Under the pieces are notes generated by a model that was not told the DNA's origin, searched no databases, and was given only the letters and a program-made list of their open reading frames with translations. A stretch of DNA of 40,510 nt. It comes from an uncultured Candidatus Saccharibacteria bacterium (GTDB taxonomy: Bacteria > Patescibacteriota > Doudnabacteria > UBA920). This document shows, one piece after another, positions 23,879-33,244 of this stretch (the stretch's first letter is position 1; the number at the start of each line of letters is the position of its first letter). Position numbers and translations under genes: made by a program. The stretch spans positions 1 through 40,510 of the forward strand of contig CAZSSN010000002.1 in the NCBI GenBank assembly GCA_964609785.1. Direction: 5' to 3'.

Positions 23879-26497
23879 ATGCCAACAAAACTGAACTCAA
23901 AACCTAAAGTCAGATTGCCTAAGTCAATCATGCCCATTAAGTACAACCTTCAAATTCAACCAGATATTGAAGCCTCTACCTTCATTGGAAACGAAGTAAT
24001 TGATATTCTTTTAGAGAAGAGCGTAAAGGAAGTATCTTTGCACAGCAAAGAATTGGAAATTACAGATGGTTGGTGGCAAGTAGGTAAGGAAAAGGTTGAT
24101 ATTTTAAAAATTTCTTACAACGAAAAGGCTGACACAGCCACATTCCAGTTTGCAAAATCTCTACCTAAAGGAAAAGGGAAGCTGCACTTACATTTTCGAG
24201 GCATAATTTCAGATAAGCTAAGAGGATTCTACCGTAGCCAATACGAGTACAAAGGTAAAACAATGCGAATTGCTACTACTCAATTTGAGTCTACTGATGC
24301 ACGTAGAGCTTTTCCGTGTTTTGATGAACCTTCTCACAAGGCAGTCTTTCAAGTTTCCTTAGTAATTCCAAAACATCTTACTGCTATTTCTAACACGATA
24401 GAGCTGCCGGAAAGTTCGGCCACCCCACAAGGTGTGGATCACAAGCCAGGCTACAAAGTTATAAACTTTGCACCTACCCCAAAAATGTCGACTTACTTAC
24501 TCGCTTACATTATTGGTGATTTTGAATACATCGAAACTAAGACAAAAGCAAAGGGACAAAATGGCGTAACTATAAGGATTTTCACGACACCTGGTAAGAA
24601 GCACCAGGCTAAGTTTGCGTTGGAAGTTGCTAAAAAGAGTTTAGAGTTCCTAAACGACTACTTTAAAGTGCCATACCCATTACCAATTTTGGATCTCATT
24701 GCTATCCCAGACTTTTCTGCAGGGGCAATGGAAAACTGGGGAGCAGTGACTTTTAGAGAGTCTGCATTATTAGCAGATGAAAACCATACTGCGTTTGCGA
24801 ACAGACAACAAATCGCTGAAACAATTGCTCACGAGTTAGTTCATCAATGGTTTGGGAATTTAGTGACGATGGAATGGTGGACACATCTATGGCTAAACGA
24901 AAGCTTTGCATCTTTTATGTCGTATTTGGTTTTGGAAGACCTATTCCCTCAGTGGCACATTTGGACCAGATTCGTAATGAACGACCATGCTAATGCTCTC
25001 CAATTAGACAGCTTAGAGAATACTCACCCGATTGAAGTTGAAGTTCATCATCCAAATCAGATTTCCGAAATTTTTGATGCAATTAGCTATGACAAAGGTG
25101 CGAGTGTTTTAAGAATGTTGATGCATTACATTGGGCCAGAGAATTTCCGCAATGGTCTTTCTTATTATCTTAAAAAGCACAGCTACAAAAATACTGAATC
25201 AATTCATCTTTGGGATGCATTTGAGAAAGCCTCAGGTAAACCCGTAAGTAAGTTTATGGCTAAGTGGGTTGGTAATTCCGGCTATCCAATAGTTACTTTA
25301 GTAGAGCCGAAAATTGGGCAACTGCATATTTCTCAAAAACGTTTTGTTCTAGGTTCCAAGAAAGATAAGCATAAAGACAAAACAGTATGGCAGATTCCAC
25401 TTCAATTTGAATTAGATAAAGGCCACCTAAGTGATTTAGATTTGTTCTCTCAAGTTAAAAAACAAATAACTATTTCTCCTTCTTCGAAGTACATAAAGGC
25501 AAACCCGCAAGAGACAGGTTTCTTCCGAACATTATATAGTCCATCCCTGTTGGCAAAGCTGTATGAACCAATTAAAAGCAAGGAACTATCTTCCATAGAT
25601 AGATTCGGAGTAGTCAGAGATTTATTTGCAATGAGCAGAGCAGGGCACATTCCGGTATCTGCATTCTTGGAATTCATTAAAGCATATGAAAATGAAGACA
25701 GCTATATAATATGGACTGAGATTCTCTCCGGCATGAGAGAAGTTTATGAACTTTTAGACGGTCAACCTCAACTACAAAAGAAATTAGCTAAATACTATCT
25801 AAAGGTTCTAAAAGTAGTGGCTAAGAAAGTTGGTTGGGAAATAGACCATAAAGAATCTCAAACTAAAGGACTGCTAAGATCTGCTGTGCTTGCCCAATAT
25901 GGTTTTTATGGAGATAAAGCCACTATAGAAAAAGCTAAAAAAGTATTTTCTAGAAGGAACAGTAAGCCGATTCATCCTGATCTTAGAGCAGCGGTTTACT
26001 CATTGGTGGCTCTAAATGGAGATGCATCAACTCATGCAACGTTCCAAAAGATGTATATTAGCGAAACCCTTAATGAGGAGCAACGTAGAATTGGAAAAGC
26101 TCTCACCATGTTTTCCAACAAAAATTTATACGTTAAAAGTTTAGACTTTGCTATATCTAAGAACGTGCGTAGCCAAGATGCAGCCATCTTAATCTACATC
26201 AGCCTGCTTAATTTTGAGAATAAAGACTTAGCTTGGAAATGGATACAAAAAAATTGGAAAACTTTGTATGATAGATACCATGGTGATCATCTAATAGTAT
26301 GGATAGTAAAGTCACTAGGAGCTTTCAACACTACTCAGAAGGCAAAAGAGATAGAGGCCTTCTTCAAGAAGAATCCGGCTCCCTCTGCTCAAAGAGCAGT
26401 CAAGCAAGTTAAGGAAAGAATCACTTTAAAAGCGGAGTGGATTAAGCGCGATAAAAAGGATTTAGCCAATTGCATAAATAATAGCCTGGAGTTATAA
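23879..26497 (+). CDS. pepN: M1-family zinc aminopeptidase (aminopeptidase N type with an ERAP1-like C-terminal domain)
   Basis: GAMENWG exopeptidase motif and HELVHQWFGNLVT-x-WLNESFA (HExxH-x18-E). Confidence 0.92.
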   Translation: MPTKLNSKPKVRLPKSIMPIKYNLQIQPDIEASTFIGNEVIDILLEKSVKEVSLHSKELEITDGWWQVGKEKVDILKISYNEKADTATFQFAKSLPKGKGKLHLHFRGIISDKLRGFYRSQYEYKGKTMRIATTQFESTDARRAFPCFDEPSHKAVFQVSLVIPKHLTAISNTIELPESSATPQGVDHKPGYKVINFAPTPKMSTYLLAYIIGDFEYIETKTKAKGQNGVTIRIFTTPGKKHQAKFALEVAKKSLEFLNDYFKVPYPLPILDLIAIPDFSAGAMENWGAVTFRESALLADENHTAFANRQQIAETIAHELVHQWFGNLVTMEWWTHLWLNESFASFMSYLVLEDLFPQWHIWTRFVMNDHANALQLDSLENTHPIEVEVHHPNQISEIFDAISYDKGASVLRMLMHYIGPENFRNGLSYYLKKHSYKNTESIHLWDAFEKASGKPVSKFMAKWVGNSGYPIVTLVEPKIGQLHISQKRFVLGSKKDKHKDKTVWQIPLQFELDKGHLSDLDLFSQVKKQITISPSSKYIKANPQETGFFRTLYSPSLLAKLYEPIKSKELSSIDRFGVVRDLFAMSRAGHIPVSAFLEFIKAYENEDSYIIWTEILSGMREVYELLDGQPQLQKKLAKYYLKVLKVVAKKVGWEIDHKESQTKGLLRSAVLAQYGFYGDKATIEKAKKVFSRRNSKPIHPDLRAAVYSLVALNGDASTHATFQKMYISETLNEEQRRIGKALTMFSNKNLYVKSLDFAISKNVRSQDAAILIYISLLNFENKDLAWKWIQKNWKTLYDRYHGDHLIVWIVKSLGAFNTTQKAKEIEAFFKKNPAPSAQRAVKQVKERITLKAEWIKRDKKDLANCINNSLEL

Positions 26498-26549
26498 TAC
26501 CTGGGAAATATACTAATAAAACTAATCGAGAAATTAATTAATTTACGGA

Positions 26550-28070
26550 ATGAAATCAATACTAACAAAAATCTCGCTTTTGGCAGGAATTGTACTTATT
26601 GCATTAGCTGCTGCGTGGATTGTTTGGCCAAATGGAAGCCGAATCAACCTTTCTAAAATTGGAATTAACTTCCAAAAAAGCTTCACTACTCATTTAGGTT
26701 TGGATTTACAGGGTGGATCCCACTTAGTTTACCAAGCAGACTTTAAAGATGTAGAAAGTGCTGACCAAAAAGAAGCTCTAACTGCGGTTCGCGACACAAT
26801 TGAGCGAAGAGTTAATAGTTTCGGAGTATCTGAACCTCTTGTTCAAGTTCAAGGAAGAGATCAAATTGTAGTTGAACTTCCAGGTATTGATGATGTAAAT
26901 AAAGCTATCGAACAAATCGGGCAAACCCCATTAATGGAATTCCGCACCGAAGGCGAACCAGTTCCAACCCTGGCTGGTGTAGGTGCTGATGGGCAGGTAG
27001 ACCTTGGGTCTATTGATCCAATAGCAGCTGCTGGATGGCAAACAACTGGTCTTTCAGGAAAGCAATTAAAGAGAGCGACTGCTGACATACAGACTGCGGG
27101 AGCAGGAAGCGTAAGCAACGAAGTTGTTGTTCGTTTGCAATTTGATGAAGAAGGAACCAAGTTGTTTAGCGATCTAACTCAAGCAAACATTGGTAAGCAA
27201 ATCGCTATTTTCTTGGACGGAGAAGTACTAAGTGCCCCAACCGTACAAAGCGCAATTACTAACGGAGAAGCAGTAATCACTGGTAGCTTTACTGCAGATG
27301 AGGCAAAGCAATTAGCTACTCGCCTTAATTCTGGAGCTTTGCCAGTACCTATTAAACTTATTTCTCAGCAAAATGTAGGCGCTACACTAGGACAAGAATC
27401 AATCGATAAATCCATAATTGCTGGACTAATTGGAATGCTTTTGATTGTGATCTTCATGGTAGCTAACTACCGCTTCCCGGGGGTTTTGGCAGTACTTGCA
27501 TTGCTAGTATATGTATTGCTTTCTATAGCAGTATTTAAAATAGGGATCTCAATAACCGCTGTAATCTTAGTCGGGGTATTTTTCTTGCTCGGACTCACAG
27601 TTAGCAGATGGTTTGGATTCTTAGCTTTAATTAGCTACGTGGCCTTAATCTTCTTAAATGGTGTTTCTCCTGTAACTCTAACTTTAGCTGGTATTGCAGG
27701 GTTCATCCTTTCTATTGGAATGGCCGTAGATGCTAACATCCTAATCTTTGAACGTCTTAAAGAAGAAATCCGTGCAGGTAAAGACATTAATAAGGCAATT
27801 GATGATGGATTTGCTAGAGCTTGGCTTTCTATTCGTGATTCAAACGTCTCTAGTCTTATCACAACCTTGATTCTTTACATGTTTGGAACACCTTCAATCA
27901 GAGGGTTCGCTGTAACTTTGGCTATTGGTATTCTGATTTCCATGTTCACAGCTATCACTATTACTCGAACATTCTTAAAATTGTTTGTAACCGGGAAAGT
28001 AATGTCGCACCCATGGCTATTCGGAGTCAGTATGCGTAGAAAAGATCAAATTAATACATCAGCAAACTAA
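26550..28070 (+). CDS. secD: Protein translocase subunit SecD
   Basis: N-terminal TM, large periplasmic domain (LGLDLQGG, GVSEP), and a six-TM C-terminal domain with DANILIFERLKEE. Confidence 0.92.
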   Translation: MKSILTKISLLAGIVLIALAAAWIVWPNGSRINLSKIGINFQKSFTTHLGLDLQGGSHLVYQADFKDVESADQKEALTAVRDTIERRVNSFGVSEPLVQVQGRDQIVVELPGIDDVNKAIEQIGQTPLMEFRTEGEPVPTLAGVGADGQVDLGSIDPIAAAGWQTTGLSGKQLKRATADIQTAGAGSVSNEVVVRLQFDEEGTKLFSDLTQANIGKQIAIFLDGEVLSAPTVQSAITNGEAVITGSFTADEAKQLATRLNSGALPVPIKLISQQNVGATLGQESIDKSIIAGLIGMLLIVIFMVANYRFPGVLAVLALLVYVLLSIAVFKIGISITAVILVGVFFLLGLTVSRWFGFLALISYVALIFLNGVSPVTLTLAGIAGFILSIGMAVDANILIFERLKEEIRAGKDINKAIDDGFARAWLSIRDSNVSSLITTLILYMFGTPSIRGFAVTLAIGILISMFTAITITRTFLKLFVTGKVMSHPWLFGVSMRRKDQINTSAN

Positions 28071-28071
28071 T

Positions 28072-28962
28072 ATGAGACTACTTAACTACTACAAATACTT
28101 ATTCGCTATCTCTGGAATCATTTTAATTTTGGGCATAGCTTCACTAGCAGTTTTTGGTCTAAGACTTGGCATCGACTTTAAGGGCGGTACCGTTAGTGAA
28201 ATAGAATTCCAACAAACAATTGATCAAGGTAAACTTCGCAGTGTTCTTGAAGCTGGAGGTGTCCAAAACTACCAATTACAACAAACTGGTGAAAAAGGTG
28301 TAATTATCCGTACTGAAAGCTTAGAAAAAGAGCAGCACGATAAAATGAATGCTGACATTCGTTCTCAAGTAGGGGAATTTACAGAGAAACGTTTTGATTC
28401 ATTCGGTCCGGTTGTAGGCGAAGAGCTAAAGAAAAAGGCTATTTACCAGTTACTATTAGTTTCTCTCGGTATCGTATTGTATATCGCTTATGCATTCCGT
28501 AAGGTAGCTAGACCAATCACTCCATGGCAATTCGGATTAGCTGCTATCATTGCTCTTGTTCATGACTTGTTAATTGTCCTAGGAATCTTCTCACTACTTG
28601 GACACTTCTACAATGTTGAAGTAGACAGTTTATTCGTTACGGCGATTCTTACTGTTCTAGGATTCTCTGTTCACGACACGATCATTGTATTTGACCGTAT
28701 CCGCGAAAACCTAAAAGTTTATGCTGGTCAATCAGTAGAGTTCATTGTTAATCACAGTATCTCTCAAACCCTAGTTCGCTCACTAAATACTAGCTTAACT
28801 GTTCTATTCGTTTTACTTGCTATGCTTCTATTCGGCGGGGAAACAATTCGATACTTTGTACTAGCTCTATTCATTGGTATTGCTGCAGGAACATATTCCT
28901 CAATTTTCGTAGCTGCACCAATTCTAGTACTATTCCAGAACTGGAAGAACCGAAAGCGCTAA
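28072..28962 (+). CDS. secF: Protein translocase subunit SecF
   Basis: GIDFKGGT, HDTIIVFDRIREN. Immediately follows secD. Confidence 0.92.
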   Translation: MRLLNYYKYLFAISGIILILGIASLAVFGLRLGIDFKGGTVSEIEFQQTIDQGKLRSVLEAGGVQNYQLQQTGEKGVIIRTESLEKEQHDKMNADIRSQVGEFTEKRFDSFGPVVGEELKKKAIYQLLLVSLGIVLYIAYAFRKVARPITPWQFGLAAIIALVHDLLIVLGIFSLLGHFYNVEVDSLFVTAILTVLGFSVHDTIIVFDRIRENLKVYAGQSVEFIVNHSISQTLVRSLNTSLTVLFVLLAMLLFGGETIRYFVLALFIGIAAGTYSSIFVAAPILVLFQNWKNRKR

Positions 28963-28978
28963 ATATGTTAAACAAAAG

Positions 28979-29001
28979 ACACTGCCTGAGCAGTGTTTTT
29001 T
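28979..29001 (+). terminator. Intrinsic terminator after secF
   Basis: ACACTGC-ctga-GCAGTGT followed by TTTTTT. Confidence 0.8.
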
Positions 29002-29016
29002 ATTATCCCACATTGT

Positions 29017-29045
29017 TTGACACGTTATGAAATATATGTTATAAT
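29017..29045 (+). promoter_or_regulatory. Perfect consensus sigma70 promoter
   Basis: TTGACA (29017-29022), exactly 17 nt, TATAAT (29040-29045). The leader contains the hairpin TTGGCTA-tt-TAGCCAA and the SD AAGGAA. Confidence 0.75.
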
Positions 29046-29094
29046 CGGTTTATCGTTATAAATTGGCTATTTTAGCCAAGAAATTCTTAAGGAA

Positions 29095-30180
29095 ATGGGT
29101 ATTTTAGATACAATAATTGATTCTCATCAAAAAGAGTCACTACAACAATTTGAATTAAATCTAATCATTACTAAAATTTTAGATCCATTACGTGAACGCG
29201 AAAAGTCTATACTTTCTAAGCGTTACGGTCTTGGTGGTGAAGAAATGCAAACCCTTAAAACAGTAGGGGAAGAGCAAGGATTAACACGTGAGCGTGTTCG
29301 CCAAATTGAAAAAGATTTATTAAAGAACCTAAAGAATGGCGTTCAGCAATTGGACTCCTTTTTAGCTGCGCGTGATCTTCTTTTAACTACAATTACTGAA
29401 CATGGCGGCATTATGTCTGAAAAGACATTAATGGGTCATTTAGGTGCAGAAACTGATGAAGAAGCGAACGCTTTGAAGTTCTTACTAAACTTAATGGCTG
29501 AACTTGAAGAACATTCCGAAGATAAGCACATTAAGCAATCTTGGTCTCGCATTGGTTTTGATAAAGAATTTATTAAAGAGTTTGTAAACACAACTCGTGG
29601 CATTTTGGATAATCATGGAAAACCATTACAACCTGAAGAATTTATTGAAAAGTTTGCTGAATCTGATTTCTTCAAAAAGTATGAACCACAACTTTCACCA
29701 CGCGTTATCATAAACTATTTGCAAGCAACCTCAGGAATTCACAAGAACCCATTTGGTGAATTTGGCATGCATCACTGGAATGAAATCCGTCCCAAAGATG
29801 TTGGTGATAAAGCCTATTTGGTGATGAAACACCACAACAAACCTGAGCACTATTCAGTAATTACTGATTTGATTAACAAACATGGCTTAGACAAGCGCAC
29901 TGCTTACAAAGAAACAGTGCACAATAAACTTATTAAGGATAAACGCTTTGTACTTGTAGGCCGTGGCATGTATGCTTTAGCTGAATGGGGATATAAACCA
30001 GGTGTAGTATCAGATATCATCGTTAATGTTCTAAAAGATGCTGGTAAACCAATGTCACGAGAAGAAATTATCGAAGAAGTTTTGAAACGTCGCATGGTTA
30101 AGAACAACACTATTTTAGTTGGACTTTCGAATAAGAAACTAGTTAAGAAAGTTGGAAAAAATCTTTACGACTTAGCTTAA
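29095..30180 (+). CDS. Sigma-70 region-4-only protein fused to HARE-HTH/winged-helix-like domains (not a canonical sigma factor)
   Basis: LREREKSILSKRYGLGGEEMQTLKTVGEEQGLTRERVRQIEKDLLKNLK is a textbook region 4.1-4.2; no region 2 or 3 is present. C-terminal segments KAYLVMKHHNKPEHYSVITDLI...DKRFVLVGRGMYALAEWGY and DIIVNVLKDAGKPMSREEIIEEVL...VKKVGKNLYDL look like HARE-HTH units. Confidence 0.65.
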   Translation: MGILDTIIDSHQKESLQQFELNLIITKILDPLREREKSILSKRYGLGGEEMQTLKTVGEEQGLTRERVRQIEKDLLKNLKNGVQQLDSFLAARDLLLTTITEHGGIMSEKTLMGHLGAETDEEANALKFLLNLMAELEEHSEDKHIKQSWSRIGFDKEFIKEFVNTTRGILDNHGKPLQPEEFIEKFAESDFFKKYEPQLSPRVIINYLQATSGIHKNPFGEFGMHHWNEIRPKDVGDKAYLVMKHHNKPEHYSVITDLINKHGLDKRTAYKETVHNKLIKDKRFVLVGRGMYALAEWGYKPGVVSDIIVNVLKDAGKPMSREEIIEEVLKRRMVKNNTILVGLSNKKLVKKVGKNLYDLA

Positions 30181-30253
30181 ACTGTTACTCTTTAGTTGGC
30201 GAAAGCTAATTAGCGAAACCCTGGAACTCTAGATACAAAAATTAAAACAAATC

Positions 30254-31417
30254 ATGACTGATAGCTCAATTCTAAGTATAGTATGGTATTTATTTTCCCA
30301 CGGTGGTTGGGTGGTTTTTGCCATTCTTTTTGTTTACATACTTTTCCAAATTTACTTAAACGAAATCCAAGATAACTATAAAAATAGTTTGGAATGGGTT
30401 TATTACGAAATAAAACCTCCGAAAGAAAACATCTCTAGTTTTTACAATGCTGAGCAAATTTTTATACAGCTTCATCAATTATTCGATAACTGGACCTTTC
30501 AAGAAAAATACATTGAAGGGAAGTTAGTGTTTTGGCTTTCTTTAGAAATCGTTAGCCTGGGTGGTAAAATCTCATACGTCATTCGGATACCAAAGAAGCA
30601 AAAAGAGCTTGTTGAAGCCTCTTTTTACGCTAACTACCCTCATATAGAGATGAACGAGATAGAAGATTATCTTTCTCATTTTGAATATGACCCCGATAAT
30701 GAAAAATATGAATTGTTTGGCGGTGAAATGGTATTAACCCAGCCAGAAGTTGTCCCTATCCGTACTTACAGAGAATTCATAAGTTTGAAGGGACCAGATG
30801 CTAGTGAGAAAGTAGTAGATCCTCTTAGCCCTCTTTTGGAAGTGTTTACGCGTTTAAGTTCAAAAGAATTTTATGCTATGCAAATAATTATCAAACCAGT
30901 AGGTGATGACTCGTGGAGAAAAGAAGCTGAAGCAGCTGTAGAAAAGTTGCAAGGGGAAAAAGATTTCCAGCAGATTGATGATGTAACGAAATTACGCATT
31001 GCATCAATTAAATCTAAATTAGGTAAGCCTGGTTTTAGTACAAAAATTCGCGTATTGCACATGGGTGTTAAGGAAAGTTTCAACAAAGATGCAAAGAAAT
31101 TACTGCTTAGTCCTTTTAAAGTCTTTAACTCTGCCAACTCCAACAGTTTTAAGTTAGCTTTTGGTCCAAAAAAAGACTATCGCATTTCACCGACTCTGGA
31201 AGCTCCTTTCATTAATTATTGGGTTCGTCAAAAGAAGATTGATATTTTCAAGGCGTTTAAGGGACGTAGTACTTGGATTGGCTATCCTATGTACATCCTC
31301 AACGCAGAGGAGTTAGCTACTCTTTTTCACTTCCCGATTACAGCTGATCAAGTAAATGCTTCAGTTGAAACTGTAACTACCAAAAAGATTCAACCACCTG
31401 CAGATCTTCCTATCTAG
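30254..31417 (+). CDS. N-terminally membrane-anchored protein of unknown function (partner of the downstream ATPase)
   Basis: One hydrophobic segment (ILSIVWYLFSHGGWVVFAILFVYILFQIYL), then a ~340-aa soluble domain ending ...NAEELATLFHFPI. No catalytic motif recognised. Confidence 0.6.
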   Translation: MTDSSILSIVWYLFSHGGWVVFAILFVYILFQIYLNEIQDNYKNSLEWVYYEIKPPKENISSFYNAEQIFIQLHQLFDNWTFQEKYIEGKLVFWLSLEIVSLGGKISYVIRIPKKQKELVEASFYANYPHIEMNEIEDYLSHFEYDPDNEKYELFGGEMVLTQPEVVPIRTYREFISLKGPDASEKVVDPLSPLLEVFTRLSSKEFYAMQIIIKPVGDDSWRKEAEAAVEKLQGEKDFQQIDDVTKLRIASIKSKLGKPGFSTKIRVLHMGVKESFNKDAKKLLLSPFKVFNSANSNSFKLAFGPKKDYRISPTLEAPFINYWVRQKKIDIFKAFKGRSTWIGYPMYILNAEELATLFHFPITADQVNASVETVTTKKIQPPADLPI

Positions 31418-31454
31418 TTATCGTATATAATATAAACAGAACAGATATAACAAT

Positions 31455-33233
31455 ATGGCTGAAAAAGAAGTAATCAATTTTTTTGGGAAAACCAACTTCC
31501 GTAACAGGCAAGTGCCGTTTGGTATTAAAACCGATGACCGTCGCCGTCATATGTATATGATCGGTAAAACTGGTATGGGCAAAACAACCATGATGGAAAA
31601 CATGGTTATTCAAGATATCCGCAATGGTAATGGTGTTTGTTTCATTGATCCTCACGGAGACTCGCTTAAGAAAATTTTAGACTATATTCCAAATGATCGA
31701 ATTAACGATGTGGTCTATTTTAACCCTGCAGACTTAGACCACCCTATTGCATTTAACATTCTTGAAGCAGTAGATAGCAAGTACAAACATTTAGTAGCCT
31801 CAGGTTTAATGGGTGTGTTCACAAAAATTTGGGCAAGTATGTGGTCGGCTCGTATGGAATACATTCTAAACAATACAATTTTGGCTTTGCTTGATAGTCC
31901 CGGTAATACCATGATGGGTATTGTTCGTATGTATGTAGATAAAAAATACCGTAAAAAGATTGTCGATGGGATTAAAGACCCAATGGTTAGGGCTTTCTGG
32001 CTTGAGGAATTTGCAAACTACGCAGAAAAATATAGAACAGAAGCTGTAGCACCGATCCAAAACAAAGTTGGACAGTTTTTATCTAGCTCTGTAATTCGTA
32101 ATATTGTAGGGCAACCTAAGTCTACAATCGATTTACGCGAGATCATGGATAATCAAAAAATTCTTTTGCTCGATCTTTCTAAGGGTAAAGTAGGGGAAGA
32201 TAACTCAGCTTTGCTTGGTGCCATGATTATTACTAAATTACAGTTAGCAGCGCTTTCTCGTGTTGATATTCCAGAACATGAACGTAAAGACTTCTATCTA
32301 TACGTAGATGAGTTCCAGAACTTCGTGACAGACTCTTTTGCTACCATTTTGAGCGAAGCTCGTAAGTATCGCTTAAATTTGACTATGGGCCATCAGTACA
32401 TTGGGCAGTTAGTCCCTGAAGGCAACACAAAAATGCGTGATGCGGTTTTTGGTAACGTTGGTACTATGGTAGTATTCCGTGTTGGAGCAGCTGATGCTGA
32501 GTTTTTGGAAACTGAGTTCGAACCATCATTTACCCCAGTGGATATTGTAAACATTCCAAAGTACAATGTTATTTTGAAATTAATGATTAATGGCGTAGCT
32601 AGCGATCCATTCACAGCGACCTCTTTGCAGGTAGATGAAAGTTGGTATACTGGAAATTCAGAGAAAGTCATCAAAGTTTCTAGAGAAAGATATGCAAACC
32701 CAAGTGCTGAAGTAGAAGATAAAATTAACAGATGGATGGGTGCTGAGTTCCATGAAGCCAGCGCGGACTCTGCTAGTGGTGGAGAAAAAGCAAAGTCCAG
32801 AGAAAGCGATATCCCAGACGTTGCGCCAAAGGCGGCTACATTTACACCTACAAATTCTCCTACGAATGCTCCGGCTCAAAGCAAACCTACTCCTCCTCCT
32901 ATTAAAATATCATCAGCATTCAAAGATCGAATGCAACAAATGAGACAACCAGCAAAACCTGTAGCTAAGCCAGAAGCTAAACCTATGGCAACAGCATCTA
33001 AGAATCAGCCTAAGAAACCAAATAAATCTGCTGCAATTTGGGACACAGCAGCAGCGATACAATCAAGCAAACAAGATGAGATTGCAGAGAATGTAGCTAA
33101 AGCCATTCAAAATGCTCATTCTGCTCCAAAGCCCAACACTCCAAAAGAAGACGTGCTAAAGGAAGAAGCTCCTAAACAAGTACCAGCGCAACCGAATGCA
33201 GGAATTCAACCTGGTGAAACTTATAAGTTATAA
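31455..33233 (+). CDS. VirD4/TraG/TraD-like (FtsK-HerA superfamily) P-loop ATPase lacking TM helices, with a long Pro/Ala/Lys-rich C-terminal tail
   Basis: Walker A IGKTGMGKTT, Walker B FYLYVDEFQNF, RKYRLNLTMGHQYIGQL and VFGNVGTMVVFRVG as in type IV coupling protein / TraG-D_C-type domains. The last ~165 aa are low-complexity. A possible internal TATAAT lies at 31426-31431. Confidence 0.65.
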   Translation: MAEKEVINFFGKTNFRNRQVPFGIKTDDRRRHMYMIGKTGMGKTTMMENMVIQDIRNGNGVCFIDPHGDSLKKILDYIPNDRINDVVYFNPADLDHPIAFNILEAVDSKYKHLVASGLMGVFTKIWASMWSARMEYILNNTILALLDSPGNTMMGIVRMYVDKKYRKKIVDGIKDPMVRAFWLEEFANYAEKYRTEAVAPIQNKVGQFLSSSVIRNIVGQPKSTIDLREIMDNQKILLLDLSKGKVGEDNSALLGAMIITKLQLAALSRVDIPEHERKDFYLYVDEFQNFVTDSFATILSEARKYRLNLTMGHQYIGQLVPEGNTKMRDAVFGNVGTMVVFRVGAADAEFLETEFEPSFTPVDIVNIPKYNVILKLMINGVASDPFTATSLQVDESWYTGNSEKVIKVSRERYANPSAEVEDKINRWMGAEFHEASADSASGGEKAKSRESDIPDVAPKAATFTPTNSPTNAPAQSKPTPPPIKISSAFKDRMQQMRQPAKPVAKPEAKPMATASKNQPKKPNKSAAIWDTAAAIQSSKQDEIAENVAKAIQNAHSAPKPNTPKEDVLKEEAPKQVPAQPNAGIQPGETYKL

Positions 33234-33244
33234 CTATGTAAATT

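Noticed and set aside
29095-33233. Interpretation of the ATPase module as part of a conjugative or integrative element
   Set aside because: There is no relaxase, VirB4, channel, pilin, integrase or replication gene. No flanking repeats or tRNA-adjacent junctions are present, and by eye the composition matches the housekeeping flanks. It is treated instead as a chromosomal stand-alone module (see findings).
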